Assembly: GCA_963839395.1 (NCBI GenBank) | Contig: CAWIUW010000015.1 | Coordinates: 333,104-397,103, forward strand | Length of the DNA: 64,000 bases | Source: an uncultured Actinomycetota bacterium | GTDB taxonomy: Bacteria > Actinomycetota > UBA4738 > HRBIN12 | Direction of reading: 5' to 3' | The notes under the pieces: generated by a model | Told to the model about the DNA's origin: nothing | The model's input: only the letters and a program-made list of their open reading frames with translations | The model's database searches: none | Shown: positions 39,798 to 50,176 of the stretch, piece by piece | Numbering within the stretch: position 1 is the stretch's first letter | How the letters are laid out: every line of letters starts with the position of its first letter | Translations under genes and position numbers: made by a program

Positions 39798-41447
39798 GTG
39801 GCCGGGCTCCAGGAGGCCTTCGAGGGCGTCGGCGCGAGTCTCGAGCATCACCTGACGGCATCGCACGCCGCAGGGGCTGCACTGGCGGTCACCGATCGCG
39901 AGGAGATCCTGGGCGTCGTCGTGCGCGGGATGGCCGACGTCGCGTCGGCCGCTCCCGTCCGGCCGGAGACACGCTTCCAGATCGGCTCGATCTCGAAGTC
40001 GTTCGCCGCGATCGTCGCCATGCAGGAGGTCGACGCCGGGCGGCTCGACCTCCACGCCTCGGTGAACGAGGTCCTTCCGTGGTTGCATCTCCCGGAACCT
40101 TTCGGTCCGATCACGATGCATCACCTCCTGACGCACACCTCCGGTCTCCAGGCCGGGATGGAGGATGCACCGGGATTCGCGGGCGCGTTGCAGATCCTCC
40201 GCACCCAACCGGCAACGGCGCCACCCGGCGCGCGGTTCTACTACTCGAACGACGGGTACAAGATCGTCGGGGCGATGCTCGAGGACCTCACCGGTCAACC
40301 GATCCACGAGCTCATCCGTGACCGGCTCCTCGAACCGCTCGGCATGACGGCGTCGGTGGCAGCGATCACCGACGACATCTGGACCGATCACGCCACCGGC
40401 TACGAGCCGATGCTCACCGACCGCCCTGCACAGCTCCGGCACCCGCTCGTTCCCGCTCCGCGGATCGTCTCCAACACGGCCGACGGATCGATCGTGTCCA
40501 ACGTGGTCGACATGAGCGCGTACGCCCGGTTCCTCCTCGCGAGAGGCGACCGGCCCGATGGGCGCGGCGGGCGGATCCTCTCGGAAGACGGCTTCGCGCG
40601 GCTGATGGGGAGCGCAGTGGATGACGGTGAGCACGGCCGATACGGATACGGGCTCTGGGAAGAGGAGGTTGACGGGCATACGTGGTTCGGTCACACCGGC
40701 GGCATGGTCGGCTACACGGCGACGACGATCGTGATCGAGAACGAGGGCCTGGGCTGCGTGTTGCTCCAGAACGGCGGGGGCGGCCGTCAGCTCGTCGTCG
40801 CCGCGGCGTTGGCGGCCGTGCGGGCGGTCCTGGCGGGTGAGGCTCTGCCGGCGCCGTGGGCGCCACCCGCCGCCACGACGATCCCGGCAGCGGAACACTT
40901 CGTCGGCACGTATGTCGGTGACGACGGCCGGTCGCTCGAGGTGAAGGAGGAGGAGGGCGGCCTCGCGATCACGATCGGGTCGGTCACCGCCCGTCTCGAG
41001 CGGGATCCGCTGCTCCGGGACCCAGGAGCCACGTTCCTCGTCGTCCATCCGGCGCTCGAGCGGTTCCCGCTCGAGTTCGAGCGTGACGAGGCGGGCCGGG
41101 TCGTCGGCGTGTTCCACGGCGGTACGTGGTTCCGCGGCGAGAGGTACGACGGAGGGGAAGCCGAGCCGCTGCACGATGCGTTACGCCCACATGTGGGGTT
41201 CTATCGGACCGACGATCCGTGGTACCCCGTGCTCCGGATCGTCGAGCGCCGGGGGCGGTTGACCATCATCTGGCCGCACGATCCGACCGGTGAGGACGGC
41301 GGCGAGCTCGTCCCGCTGGACGACGGCTCCTTCGCGATCGGCGACCCTGCGCTCCCGAGGCGTGTGCGATTCGAGGGAGACGTCCGGGGGCAGACGGCGG
41401 TGACCGTGGTCAACGGCGGCCGTTGGTATCGATCGTTCGAGCCGTGA
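39798..41447 (+). CDS. serine hydrolase, beta-lactamase/transpeptidase-like (class C/esterase family)
   Basis: SISKSF (SxxK) motif. 549 aa. Confidence 0.8.
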   Translation: MAGLQEAFEGVGASLEHHLTASHAAGAALAVTDREEILGVVVRGMADVASAAPVRPETRFQIGSISKSFAAIVAMQEVDAGRLDLHASVNEVLPWLHLPEPFGPITMHHLLTHTSGLQAGMEDAPGFAGALQILRTQPATAPPGARFYYSNDGYKIVGAMLEDLTGQPIHELIRDRLLEPLGMTASVAAITDDIWTDHATGYEPMLTDRPAQLRHPLVPAPRIVSNTADGSIVSNVVDMSAYARFLLARGDRPDGRGGRILSEDGFARLMGSAVDDGEHGRYGYGLWEEEVDGHTWFGHTGGMVGYTATTIVIENEGLGCVLLQNGGGGRQLVVAAALAAVRAVLAGEALPAPWAPPAATTIPAAEHFVGTYVGDDGRSLEVKEEEGGLAITIGSVTARLERDPLLRDPGATFLVVHPALERFPLEFERDEAGRVVGVFHGGTWFRGERYDGGEAEPLHDALRPHVGFYRTDDPWYPVLRIVERRGRLTIIWPHDPTGEDGGELVPLDDGSFAIGDPALPRRVRFEGDVRGQTAVTVVNGGRWYRSFEP

Positions 41448-41463
41448 TCGAGCGAGCGTTCTT

Positions 41464-42741
41464 TCAGGCGACCCGGCGGAAGGCCACGCACGCGTTCTGC
41501 CCACCGAACCCGAAGGAATTGGACAGCGCCAGCGTGACGTCGAGCGTCCGCGCCTCGTTCGGGACGTAGTCGAGGTCGCAGTCGGGGTCGGGCGTCTCGT
41601 AATGGATCGTCGGTGGCACCACGCCGCGGTCGATCGCGAGCGCGCACACTGCCCCCTCCACGGCTCCGGCGGCGCCGAGCATGTGGCCGGTCATCGACTT
41701 CGTCGACGAGATCGCGATGCGATGCGCGATCTCGTCGCCGAGCACGGTCTTGATCGCGACCGTTTCGCTCGCGTCGTTCAACGGCGTGGAGGTGCCGTGC
41801 GCGTTCACGTACTGGACGGCGCCCGGCTCCTCGCCGGCGTCTTCGAGCGCCCATCTCATCGCGAGCGCGGCGCCCGAGCCCTTCGGGTCCGGCGCGGTGA
41901 TGTGGTGGGCGTCGTCGGACATGCCGTAGCCGGCCACCTCACAGTAGATCCGCGCGCCCCGGGCCTTCGCGTGCTCCTCCGACTCGAGGATCAGCGCCGC
42001 CGCGCCCTCCGACAGCACGAACCCGTTGCGCTTCGCGTCGAACGGCCGTGAGGCGGTCTCGGGGTCGGGGTTCTTCGTGAGCGCGGTCATCTGTGCGAAG
42101 GCCGCGACGGTCAGCGGGAGCGTGGCCGACTCCGACCCGCCCGAGATGCAGACGTCCAGGTAGCCGTCCCGGATCAGCCGCATCCCCTCGCCGATCGCAT
42201 GGTTCGAGGAGGCGCAGGCAGACACCGTGCAGTAGTTCGGCCCCGTGAACCCGAACTTCATGGCGAGGTGTCCCGCGGCCGCGTTGGCCATGAGCGCCGG
42301 CACCATGAACGGCGAGACCCGGCCAGGGCCCTTCTCGAGAAGGACGGTGTGCTGGACCAGCAACGTCTCGATCCCGCCGATGCCGGTCCCGAACACGATG
42401 CCGCCCCGCTCCGACGGGACCTCAGGAGTCCCGGCGTCCTCCCAGGCGAGCTTCCCGGCAGCGATCGCGTAGTGCGAGAAGCGGTCGGTGCGCCGGATCT
42501 CCTTCGGGTCGAGCCATCTGGCGGGATCGAAGTCGTGCACGTCGCCGGCGACCTTCACGGGGAGGTCATCCGTGGGGAATCGGGCGATCTCGCGGACCCC
42601 ATTGCGACCGGTGATCAGGCCGGTCCAGAACTCCTCGACACCGGTTCCGACCGGCGTGACAGGCCCGATCCCGGTGATGACGACCTTCCGGCGTTCGGGG
42701 TCGCGCTGCTGTCGCCCCGCCTTCTGACCCGAGGCCATCAC
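41464..42741 (-). CDS. fabF: 3-oxoacyl-ACP synthase II
   Basis: KAS II Cys-His-His active-site context (SACASS, HGTSTP, GHMLGAAG). Confidence 0.9.
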   Translation of the reverse strand: MMASGQKAGRQQRDPERRKVVITGIGPVTPVGTGVEEFWTGLITGRNGVREIARFPTDDLPVKVAGDVHDFDPARWLDPKEIRRTDRFSHYAIAAGKLAWEDAGTPEVPSERGGIVFGTGIGGIETLLVQHTVLLEKGPGRVSPFMVPALMANAAAGHLAMKFGFTGPNYCTVSACASSNHAIGEGMRLIRDGYLDVCISGGSESATLPLTVAAFAQMTALTKNPDPETASRPFDAKRNGFVLSEGAAALILESEEHAKARGARIYCEVAGYGMSDDAHHITAPDPKGSGAALAMRWALEDAGEEPGAVQYVNAHGTSTPLNDASETVAIKTVLGDEIAHRIAISSTKSMTGHMLGAAGAVEGAVCALAIDRGVVPPTIHYETPDPDCDLDYVPNEARTLDVTLALSNSFGFGGQNACVAFRRVA

Positions 42742-42744
42742 GGG

Positions 42745-42993
42745 TTACGACACGCCGAGCTTCGTGGCGACGAGATCCACTGCCTGACCGACGGTCTTCA
42801 CGGACTCCATCTCGTCCTCGGGGATCTCGATGCTCCATTCCTCCTCGAGGGCAAGGACTGCCTCGACGAGGTCGAGTGAGTCGGCGTTCAGATCCTCGGC
42901 GAAACGTGCGTCCGGGACGACCTGTTGCTCGTCCACGGCGAGCTGTTCGGCGAGCACCTTCTTCACCCTCGTCTCGATCTCGGGTCGATCCAT
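42745..42993 (-). CDS. acpP: acyl carrier protein
   Basis: DLNADSLDLVE phosphopantetheine-attachment Ser motif. Confidence 0.9.
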   Translation of the reverse strand: MDRPEIETRVKKVLAEQLAVDEQQVVPDARFAEDLNADSLDLVEAVLALEEEWSIEIPEDEMESVKTVGQAVDLVATKLGVS

Positions 42994-43047
42994 ACCGTTC
43001 TCTCCTTCTCTCGTCCGCCGAGCCTATCGGCGGATGCCTGTGTGCGA

Positions 43048-43785
43048 CTAGGCGGTCAGTCCTCCGTCCACTGGGATCACCGCGCCGTTCATGTAGGACG
43101 CTTCTTCCGACATCAGGAAGCGGACGACAGCGGCCACCTCGTGCAGGGAGGCGGGGCGGCGCATCGGTGTCTGATCGATGTAGAACGCGCGCGCCTCGTC
43201 GGTCAGGTGCGCGGTCATCTCGGTCTCGAGCAGGCCCGGACAGAGCGCGTTCACCGTGATGCCCTTGGCGGCCACCTCGCGCGCGAGCGACTTCGTGAGA
43301 CCGAGCAGGCCTGCCTTCGTCGCCGCGTATACGGTCTGGCCGGCGTTGCCGTGGATCGCGACGGCGCTCGACATGTTCACGATCCGCCCCCAACGCTCGC
43401 GCAGCATGCTGCGGAGGGCGGCTCGCGAACACAGGAACGAGCCGCGGAGATTCGTTGTCATCGTGCGCTCGTACTCCTCCATGGAGTACTTGATCAAGAG
43501 TCCGTCGCGCGAGTAACCCGCGTTGTTCAGAAGTCCCGTGACGGGACCGACCTCGTCCGCCACGCGGCGGAACGCCTCTTGCACGCTCGACTCGTCCGTG
43601 ACGTCGAGGTACACGGCGAGGCCGGGCGTCCCCGCGGAGGCGAGGGACTCGACCGTTTCCTTCGCGTCCGCCTCGCGGGTGCGATAGCCGACGGCCACGG
43701 TCCACCCGGCGGCGGCGAGGCCCTCCGCGCACGCTCGGCCGATCCCGCGCGATCCGCCCGAGACGACTGCGACCTTCGAGGTCAC
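43048..43785 (-). CDS. fabG: 3-oxoacyl-ACP reductase
   Basis: SDR motifs VSGGSRGIG and YAATKAG. GTG start at 43785. Confidence 0.9.
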   Translation of the reverse strand: MTSKVAVVSGGSRGIGRACAEGLAAAGWTVAVGYRTREADAKETVESLASAGTPGLAVYLDVTDESSVQEAFRRVADEVGPVTGLLNNAGYSRDGLLIKYSMEEYERTMTTNLRGSFLCSRAALRSMLRERWGRIVNMSSAVAIHGNAGQTVYAATKAGLLGLTKSLAREVAAKGITVNALCPGLLETEMTAHLTDEARAFYIDQTPMRRPASLHEVAAVVRFLMSEEASYMNGAVIPVDGGLTA

Positions 43786-44783
43786 GCGGGCGGCCCCTGC
43801 ATCGTCCAGCGGATCAAGCTGGCACCCCAGGTGAGCCCGGCGCCGAACGACGTGAGCAGCACCAGGTCCCCCTCCTCGATCCGGCCCGCGTTCCACGCGC
43901 GCGAGAGCGCGATCGGGATCGAGGCGGCGCTGGTGTTGCCCACCTCGGCCACGTCCAGCACCGAGCGTTCGGCCGGCACCCCGAGACGGTCGGCGACCGC
44001 GATCATGATGCGGGCGTTCGCCTGGTGGGGGATCAAGAGGTCGACGTCCTCGGGCGTGTGTCCGGACTTCTCGAGGAGCTCGCGGCACGCGGCGGCCATC
44101 TCTGTGACGGCACGCTTGAAGACCTCGCGGCCTTTCGGCATGCGGATCGAGTGATCCCTCGCGTCGACGGTCTCGCGCGAGGCGGGCGTCCTGGTCCCGC
44201 CTGCGGGCATCATCAAGATGTCGGCCGCCGACCCGTCCGCGCCGAGGACGGTGCCTTCGATCCCGGGCCGGTCCGAAGCCTGCACGATCACCGCGCCCGC
44301 TCCGTCGCCGAACAGGATCGAGGTCGTCCTGTCCGTGAAGTCGAGGATCCTGCTGAAGATCTCCGCGCCGACCAGCAGGATCGTGTCTGCCATCCCAGCC
44401 TGCACGAACGCGGTGGCGCTCGCCATGCCATAGCTGAAGCCGGCGCAGGCGGCGTTCACGTCGAAGGCGGGGCACCGGATCCCCAGCTTCTCCTGCGCCC
44501 ACACGGCGGTGGCCGGGAACGGCGTGTCTCCGGTGACGGTTGCGACGACGATCAGGTCGAGCTGGTCCGGGGTGATGGCGGCCGTCTCCATCGCACCCCG
44601 AGCGGCTTCCACCACGAGATCGGAGGTGTCGACGTCGTCCTCCACGAAGTGGCGGGCCTCGATGCCGGTTCGGTCCCGGATCCACTCGTCGCTGGTCTCG
44701 ATCTTGTCCTCGAACCACGTGTTCGGAACCAGCCGAGGTGGGAGGGAGGACCCGACGCCTGAGATGGTGGCGCTCCTGGTCAC
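43782..44783 (-). CDS. fabH: 3-oxoacyl-ACP synthase III
   Basis: NAACAGF active-site Cys; C-terminal GAGLTWGA. Confidence 0.9.
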   Translation of the reverse strand: MTRSATISGVGSSLPPRLVPNTWFEDKIETSDEWIRDRTGIEARHFVEDDVDTSDLVVEAARGAMETAAITPDQLDLIVVATVTGDTPFPATAVWAQEKLGIRCPAFDVNAACAGFSYGMASATAFVQAGMADTILLVGAEIFSRILDFTDRTTSILFGDGAGAVIVQASDRPGIEGTVLGADGSAADILMMPAGGTRTPASRETVDARDHSIRMPKGREVFKRAVTEMAAACRELLEKSGHTPEDVDLLIPHQANARIMIAVADRLGVPAERSVLDVAEVGNTSAASIPIALSRAWNAGRIEEGDLVLLTSFGAGLTWGASLIRWTMQGPPA

Positions 44784-44824
44784 GGGCGCGAGTGTAGTCG
44801 GTCGAAGGCTCGCAGTCGGTCGCC

Positions 44825-45781
44825 TTAGGGCGTGCCCGACGCGGCGGCACGGGCGTCTTCCGGGGAGCCGATCGCGCGCGCCGCCGCGTCGGGCACGATC
44901 CGCTTCATCAGCTTGGTCAAGACGTCGCCGGGGCCGGCCTCGAGGAAGGACGTCGCCCCGGCGTCGGCGAGCGCTCGCACCGACGAGGCCCACCTCACCG
45001 GAGAGACCACGTGGCGCTTCAACAGCGACCGGAGCTCCTCGGGCTCAGATACGAGCGCGCCGGCGACGTTCTCGGCGATCGGGAACCGGGGCGGCGAGAA
45101 CGCGATCGCATCGATCCGTTCGTCGATCGCTGCACGCGCCGGCTCCATCAGCGGCGAGTGGAACGCGCCGGCGACATGCAACCGGACGGCGCGGACCTTG
45201 CGCTCCTTCGCGAGCACCTCGGCTCGCTCGATCGCGGGAACGGATCCCGAGATCACCGATTGCGCGGGGGAGTTCTCGTTCGCGACGACGAGCACGTCAT
45301 CACCGCGAACGTCGTCGCACAGCGTGGCCGCGTCCTCGGGACCCACGCCGAGGAGCGCCGTCATCGTTCCCGGTCGCTCCTCGCCGGCGCGCTGCATCGC
45401 GGCGCCGCGCACGACCACGAGGTCGAGCGCGTCGCTCAGCGAAACGACGTCGGCCGCCACGAGCGCGGCGAACTCACCGAGCGAATGTCCCGCGACACCC
45501 ACGAGCGGAAGGCCCTCGGCCTCCAGCACCCGGAACGCGGCGACGTCGCAGGCGAGCAGCGCCGGTTGCACGAACTCCGTGGTCTCGAGGGCGGATGCCT
45601 CATGGGCGCCGGCGACGACGTCTCGGCCCAGCGCCCCCGACGCTTCGTCCAGGATCGCCTTCGCGGCGGGGTGCGGCGTCCAGGGGTCCGCCATGCCTTT
45701 GAACTGCGATCCCTGTCCCGGGAACAGGGCCGAATGTCGCGTTCCTGTCCCACCGATCGCCGTTTCCCTCTCCGCCCGCAT
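44825..45781 (-). CDS. fabD: malonyl CoA-ACP transacylase
   Basis: FPGQGSQ, GHSLGE motifs. Confidence 0.9.
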   Translation of the reverse strand: MRAERETAIGGTGTRHSALFPGQGSQFKGMADPWTPHPAAKAILDEASGALGRDVVAGAHEASALETTEFVQPALLACDVAAFRVLEAEGLPLVGVAGHSLGEFAALVAADVVSLSDALDLVVVRGAAMQRAGEERPGTMTALLGVGPEDAATLCDDVRGDDVLVVANENSPAQSVISGSVPAIERAEVLAKERKVRAVRLHVAGAFHSPLMEPARAAIDERIDAIAFSPPRFPIAENVAGALVSEPEELRSLLKRHVVSPVRWASSVRALADAGATSFLEAGPGDVLTKLMKRIVPDAAARAIGSPEDARAAASGTP

Positions 45782-45896
45782 CCCCTCAGGTTGCCACGAA
45801 GGAGCGAACGCTGTTCAATCAGGGCCGAACCGCATGGCCGAGAGGGTTCAAAGATCTTCTTCCCCCACGCCCCGACCACAGGGGACGGAGGGGGTA

Positions 45897-46919
45897 TTGG
45901 GGTTCCTTGGTCGCGACATGGCCGTTGACCTCGGGACGGCGAACACGCTGGTCTACGTGCGTGGGCGCGGAGTCGTCCTGAACGAGCCGTCAGTCGTCGC
46001 GATCAACACCCTTACCGGAGCCATCCTTGCCGTGGGAGCCGAGGCGAAGCGGATGATCGGCCGGACCCCCTCGCACATCCAGGCCGTTCGGCCGCTCAAG
46101 GACGGTGTGATCGCCGATTTCGACGTGACGGAGAAGATGTTGCGGTACTTCATCCAACGGGTCCACAAGCGCCGGCTCCTGGCGAAGCCTCGCGTGGTCG
46201 TCTGCGTTCCCTCGGGGATCACCGGCGTCGAGCAGCGTGCCGTCGAGGAGGCGACCATCGCCGCCGGAGCTCGTCGCGCCTACATCATCGAGGAGCCGAT
46301 GGCGGCTGCGATCGGCGCGGGACTTCCGATCCACGAGCCGACCGGGAACATGGTCGTCGACATCGGAGGCGGCACGACCGAGGTCGCCGTCATCTCGCTC
46401 GGCGGCATCGTCACGTCGACATCGATCCGCATCGGCGGCGACGAGTTGGACGAAGCGATCATCCAACACGTCAAGAAGGAGTACTCGCTCCTGCTCGGCG
46501 AACGGACCTCGGAGGCGATCAAGCTCGCGATCGCGTCGGTGTATCCGATGCCGGAGGAGCTCGTCGCCGAGATCAAGGGCCGAGACCTGGTCTCCGGCCT
46601 GCCCAAGACCATCACGATCGCCGCGGAGGAGATCCGCCGAGCGATCGAGGAGCCCGTGAACGCGATCATCGACGCCATCAAGACCACCTTGGACAGGACC
46701 CCGCCCGAGCTCGCGGCCGACATCATGGATCGCGGGATGGTGCTGACCGGAGGTGGAGCCCTGCTGCGCGGCTTGGACAAGCGCCTCCGCCACGAGACTG
46801 GGATGCCCGTGCATATCGCCGACAGGCCGCTCCAGGCGGTCGTGCTCGGGTCGGGCAAGTGCCTCGAGGAGTTCGAGGTTCTCCAGCGGGTGCTTGTGAC
46901 GTCGACCAATCGGCGGTAG
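45897..46919 (+). CDS. mreB: rod shape-determining protein MreB
   Basis: [11 protein letters not shown], actin-fold motifs. The start could be TTG 45897 or ATG 45918. Confidence 0.9.
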   Translation: MGFLGRDMAVDLGTANTLVYVRGRGVVLNEPSVVAINTLTGAILAVGAEAKRMIGRTPSHIQAVRPLKDGVIADFDVTEKMLRYFIQRVHKRRLLAKPRVVVCVPSGITGVEQRAVEEATIAAGARRAYIIEEPMAAAIGAGLPIHEPTGNMVVDIGGGTTEVAVISLGGIVTSTSIRIGGDELDEAIIQHVKKEYSLLLGERTSEAIKLAIASVYPMPEELVAEIKGRDLVSGLPKTITIAAEEIRRAIEEPVNAIIDAIKTTLDRTPPELAADIMDRGMVLTGGGALLRGLDKRLRHETGMPVHIADRPLQAVVLGSGKCLEEFEVLQRVLVTSTNRR

Positions 46920-46928
46920 CTCGCCGTC

Positions 46929-47801
46929 GTGGCTATCCGGCAACGCACACGCTCCGCCCGGCTCCTCGTCGTCACCCTGGTGGCCGTCTCGCTGGCGATC
47001 ATCACGGTCGACTACCGAGCCGGCGAGGAAGGCCCGCTCGCCGCGGCCGGACGCTTCGCGACCAGCACCATCGCCCCGATGCAACGAGCGGTGTCCAACG
47101 TCGTGCAGCCGGTCAGCAACTTCTTCGGCAGCCTCGCGGAGCTCCCGTCGCTCTCTCGCAAGAACGGTGAGCTCCAGGCCCAGGTGGACGACCTGAAGAC
47201 GGTGCAGCAGCTGAACCAGGAGCTCACGCAGCGTATCGAGACCCTCGAACGACTCCTCGGCCTGCAGACGGTCACGTCACACGTGATCGCCGCACGGGTG
47301 ATCGGAAGCGGCGTCTCCAACTTCGAATGGGATGTCACGATCGACCGCGGTTCAGACGACGGGATCCAGCTGGACATGCCGGTCGTGACGGGCGCGTCCG
47401 ACGGCCCCCGCCTCGTGGGTCGGATCATCCGTGTGACGCCGATCTCCTCGGTCGTGCAGCTCATGATCGACCCGGACTTCGCCGTCGCGGGACGGCTGTC
47501 CACGTCGAAGGAATCGGGGCTCGTGACCGGCCGCGGCGAGGACGACATGCGCATGGCCCACTTGCGTCCGGGGATCGAAGTCAGCGAGACCGAGCCCGAG
47601 TCCGTCTTCACCGTCGGCTACGAGGTGAACGGCCAGCCCGGCCTGTATCCCGCCGGCATCCTCATCGGCACGGTCTCCCGCGCGTTCAGCGAGCCCGACG
47701 CCGTCGAGTCGGCCGTGACGATCCGCCCGGCCGTGGATTTCTCGACGCTCGAGTACGTGCTGGTGATGGCCCGTGACCGTGCGCAGGAGGGGTCTGCGTG
47801 A
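46929..47801 (+). CDS. mreC: rod shape-determining protein MreC
   Basis: N-terminal TM, coiled coil, beta domain. Sits in mreBCD order. Confidence 0.85.
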   Translation: MAIRQRTRSARLLVVTLVAVSLAIITVDYRAGEEGPLAAAGRFATSTIAPMQRAVSNVVQPVSNFFGSLAELPSLSRKNGELQAQVDDLKTVQQLNQELTQRIETLERLLGLQTVTSHVIAARVIGSGVSNFEWDVTIDRGSDDGIQLDMPVVTGASDGPRLVGRIIRVTPISSVVQLMIDPDFAVAGRLSTSKESGLVTGRGEDDMRMAHLRPGIEVSETEPESVFTVGYEVNGQPGLYPAGILIGTVSRAFSEPDAVESAVTIRPAVDFSTLEYVLVMARDRAQEGSA

Positions 47802-48304
47802 GGAGAGCCCTGGTTCTCTTCGTGGTCGTCGTGACCGCGCTGTTGCTGCAGACGACGGTCTTCCCGGAGCTCACCCTGCTGAACGTGAAGCCGGAACTGC
47901 TGTACATGGTCACGGTGATCTTCGCGCTGCTCCAGGGGCCGGCGGAGGGCGCGGTCGTCGGATTCGTCGGCGGACTCGCGCAGGACTTCATGCTCAACAT
48001 GCCGAAAGGGATCACGGCGCTCACGCTCACGATCCTCGGCTACACCGTCGGACTGGCTCGGCAATACATCGCGTCGCCGTCGCCTCTATTGCCCGCTTTC
48101 ATGGTCTTCATCGGGACGGCAGCCGGCGTCGCCTTCCATCAGGCGGTGGCCTTCCTCCTCGGAGAGCACGAAGGTCCCTTCAGCTACGTGGTGAAGGTCG
48201 TCCTCGTCACGGCCCTCTACGGTGCCGTGCTCACGCCGATCTTCTTCCCGATCCTCCGCCGCGCGGCGGCCGCGTCCCACGCCGGAAGGGTGGTGCGCTT
48301 CTAG
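47798..48304 (+). CDS. mreD: rod shape-determining protein MreD
   Basis: 168-aa polytopic membrane protein. 4-bp overlap with mreC. Confidence 0.8.
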   Translation: MRRALVLFVVVVTALLLQTTVFPELTLLNVKPELLYMVTVIFALLQGPAEGAVVGFVGGLAQDFMLNMPKGITALTLTILGYTVGLARQYIASPSPLLPAFMVFIGTAAGVAFHQAVAFLLGEHEGPFSYVVKVVLVTALYGAVLTPIFFPILRRAAAASHAGRVVRF

Positions 48305-50176
48305 ATGGAGCGTTCGGGTTCGAGGCTGAAGATCCTCGCGTTCGTCGTCGCGTTCATGTTCGTGGCGCTCTCGACGCGTCTGTGGTTCCTGCAGGTCCTC
48401 GCCGGGCCGCAACACGACCGCGACGCGCGCGACAACTCGCTCCGAACGGTCGCGACCGACGCGCTCCGCGGCGACATCGTGGACCGGCGAGGGAGGCGCC
48501 TCGTGCACAACAAGATCAGCCTCGAGGTTCGCATCAAACGCGACGAGCTCGGGGACGAGGCGGAGGCGACGCTCGCTCACCTCTCCGAGATCCTGGGCAT
48601 CCCTGCTCAAGATCTCGGCGAGGAGCTCGAGACCAAGCTCTACTACAGCTACCAGCCCGTCCCGGTCGCGGAGTTCGTCCCGGAGCAGGTCTTCTTCAAG
48701 GTCCGGGAGGAGCCGGAGAAGTTCCAAGGCGTCGAGGTCGTCGAGCAGAGCGTCCGCAGCTATCCGCAGGATTCCCTCGCGGCGCACCTCGTCGGATGGG
48801 TCGGCCAGATCAATGCCGAGGAGATCGACGATCCGAGGTTCGAGGGGTACGGGCCGTCGGACCTGGTCGGCAAGGCAGGGATCGAGGCCACCTACGAGCG
48901 GTGGCTCAGGGGCACGCCCGGGGAGGAGCGGTTCCTCGTCAACTCGGACGGAGAGGTCCTCCGCGAGTTCGATCCGAAGCCGGCCGAGCCGGGGCACGAC
49001 CTGCGGCTGTCGCTCGACCTCGACGTCCAACGGATCGTCGAGGACGAGCTCGACGCCGGGATCCAGCGAGCGCGGACCGTCTTCGACCAGAGCAGCGGAC
49101 AGAACCTGGCGGCGAATGCGGGAGCCGTCGTGGTGCTCGATCCGAACACGGGCGGGATCGTGGCCATGGCGTCCTGGCCCACCTTCCGCCCGTCCTGGTT
49201 CGTGAAGGGCCTGACGGAGGCGCAGCGCTTCCATCTGTTCGAGAGCCGACTCGCGCCGATGCTCAGCCGCGCGACGCAGATCACCTACGGCCCCGGGTCG
49301 ACGTTCAAACCCTTCGTCGCGCTCGCGGCGATGAAGGAAGGGCTCGCGACGGTGGATCGGTACTACGACTGTCCCGCCGAGTACGTCCATCCGGGAGACG
49401 AGTCGGGCACCGTGTTCACCAACTGGGACGGCACGGCCGGCGGTTCTCTGTCGATCGCCCAGGGCCTCAAGGTTTCGTGCGACACGCAGTACTACAAGTG
49501 GGGGAGCGACTTCTACTTCCGTGACGCGCAGACGAACAAGCAGGAGCTCCAGCGGCGAATGAAGCAGTGGGGCTTCGGGCGGACGACCGAGGTCGATCTG
49601 CCGGCGGAGGCAGCCGGGACCGTTCCGGACCTGAAGTACGTGACCGAGCATCGCGCTCGCTACCCGGACGGCTGGATCCCGGGTATCGACATCCTGCTCG
49701 CGATCGGCTCGGGGGAGATGAAGGCGACGCCGCTGCAGGTGGCACAGGCGTACGCGGCGATCGCGAGTGGCAAGCTGTGCCAACCGCACCTGGTCTCGAG
49801 GATCGAGGACGGCGAGGGAGGCGTGGCGAGGAAGATCGGGGGCCACTGCCGGCGCGTCCCCTACACGGACGCGGAGCTCAACTACATCCGTGAGGCGCTC
49901 AGGAGCGTTACGACGGGCGGGACCGCGTCAGCGGTGTTCGCCGCCTGCCCCCTCGACGTCGCCGGGAAGACCGGGACCGCCGAGCGACCACCGTTCCAGG
50001 ATACGTCGTGGTTCGCCGGCATCGTGCCCGCGCAGGATCCGAAGTACGTGGTGGTCGCCACCGTGGAGCAGGGAGGCTTCGGCGCGGAGACGGCGGCACC
50101 GATCGTCCGCAACATCATGAGCAGGATCTACCGAACGCCATGCGAGGGGCCGGCGCTCGGGGAGGCCGAGGACTGA
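48305..50176 (+). CDS. mrdA: penicillin-binding protein 2 (elongasome transpeptidase)
   Basis: Transpeptidase domain STFK (SxxK), SxN, KTG. 623 aa. Confidence 0.9.
   Translation: MERSGSRLKILAFVVAFMFVALSTRLWFLQVLAGPQHDRDARDNSLRTVATDALRGDIVDRRGRRLVHNKISLEVRIKRDELGDEAEATLAHLSEILGIPAQDLGEELETKLYYSYQPVPVAEFVPEQVFFKVREEPEKFQGVEVVEQSVRSYPQDSLAAHLVGWVGQINAEEIDDPRFEGYGPSDLVGKAGIEATYERWLRGTPGEERFLVNSDGEVLREFDPKPAEPGHDLRLSLDLDVQRIVEDELDAGIQRARTVFDQSSGQNLAANAGAVVVLDPNTGGIVAMASWPTFRPSWFVKGLTEAQRFHLFESRLAPMLSRATQITYGPGSTFKPFVALAAMKEGLATVDRYYDCPAEYVHPGDESGTVFTNWDGTAGGSLSIAQGLKVSCDTQYYKWGSDFYFRDAQTNKQELQRRMKQWGFGRTTEVDLPAEAAGTVPDLKYVTEHRARYPDGWIPGIDILLAIGSGEMKATPLQVAQAYAAIASGKLCQPHLVSRIEDGEGGVARKIGGHCRRVPYTDAELNYIREALRSVTTGGTASAVFAACPLDVAGKTGTAERPPFQDTSWFAGIVPAQDPKYVVVATVEQGGFGAETAAPIVRNIMSRIYRTPCEGPALGEAED

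Noticed and set aside
43048-46919. Very long ORFs 43048..44850 (-) and 44832..46919 (+)
   Set aside because: Each is a real gene (fabG or mreB) fused in-frame to an upstream antisense stretch. The true starts were placed at internal start codons with RBS or family-consistent N-termini.
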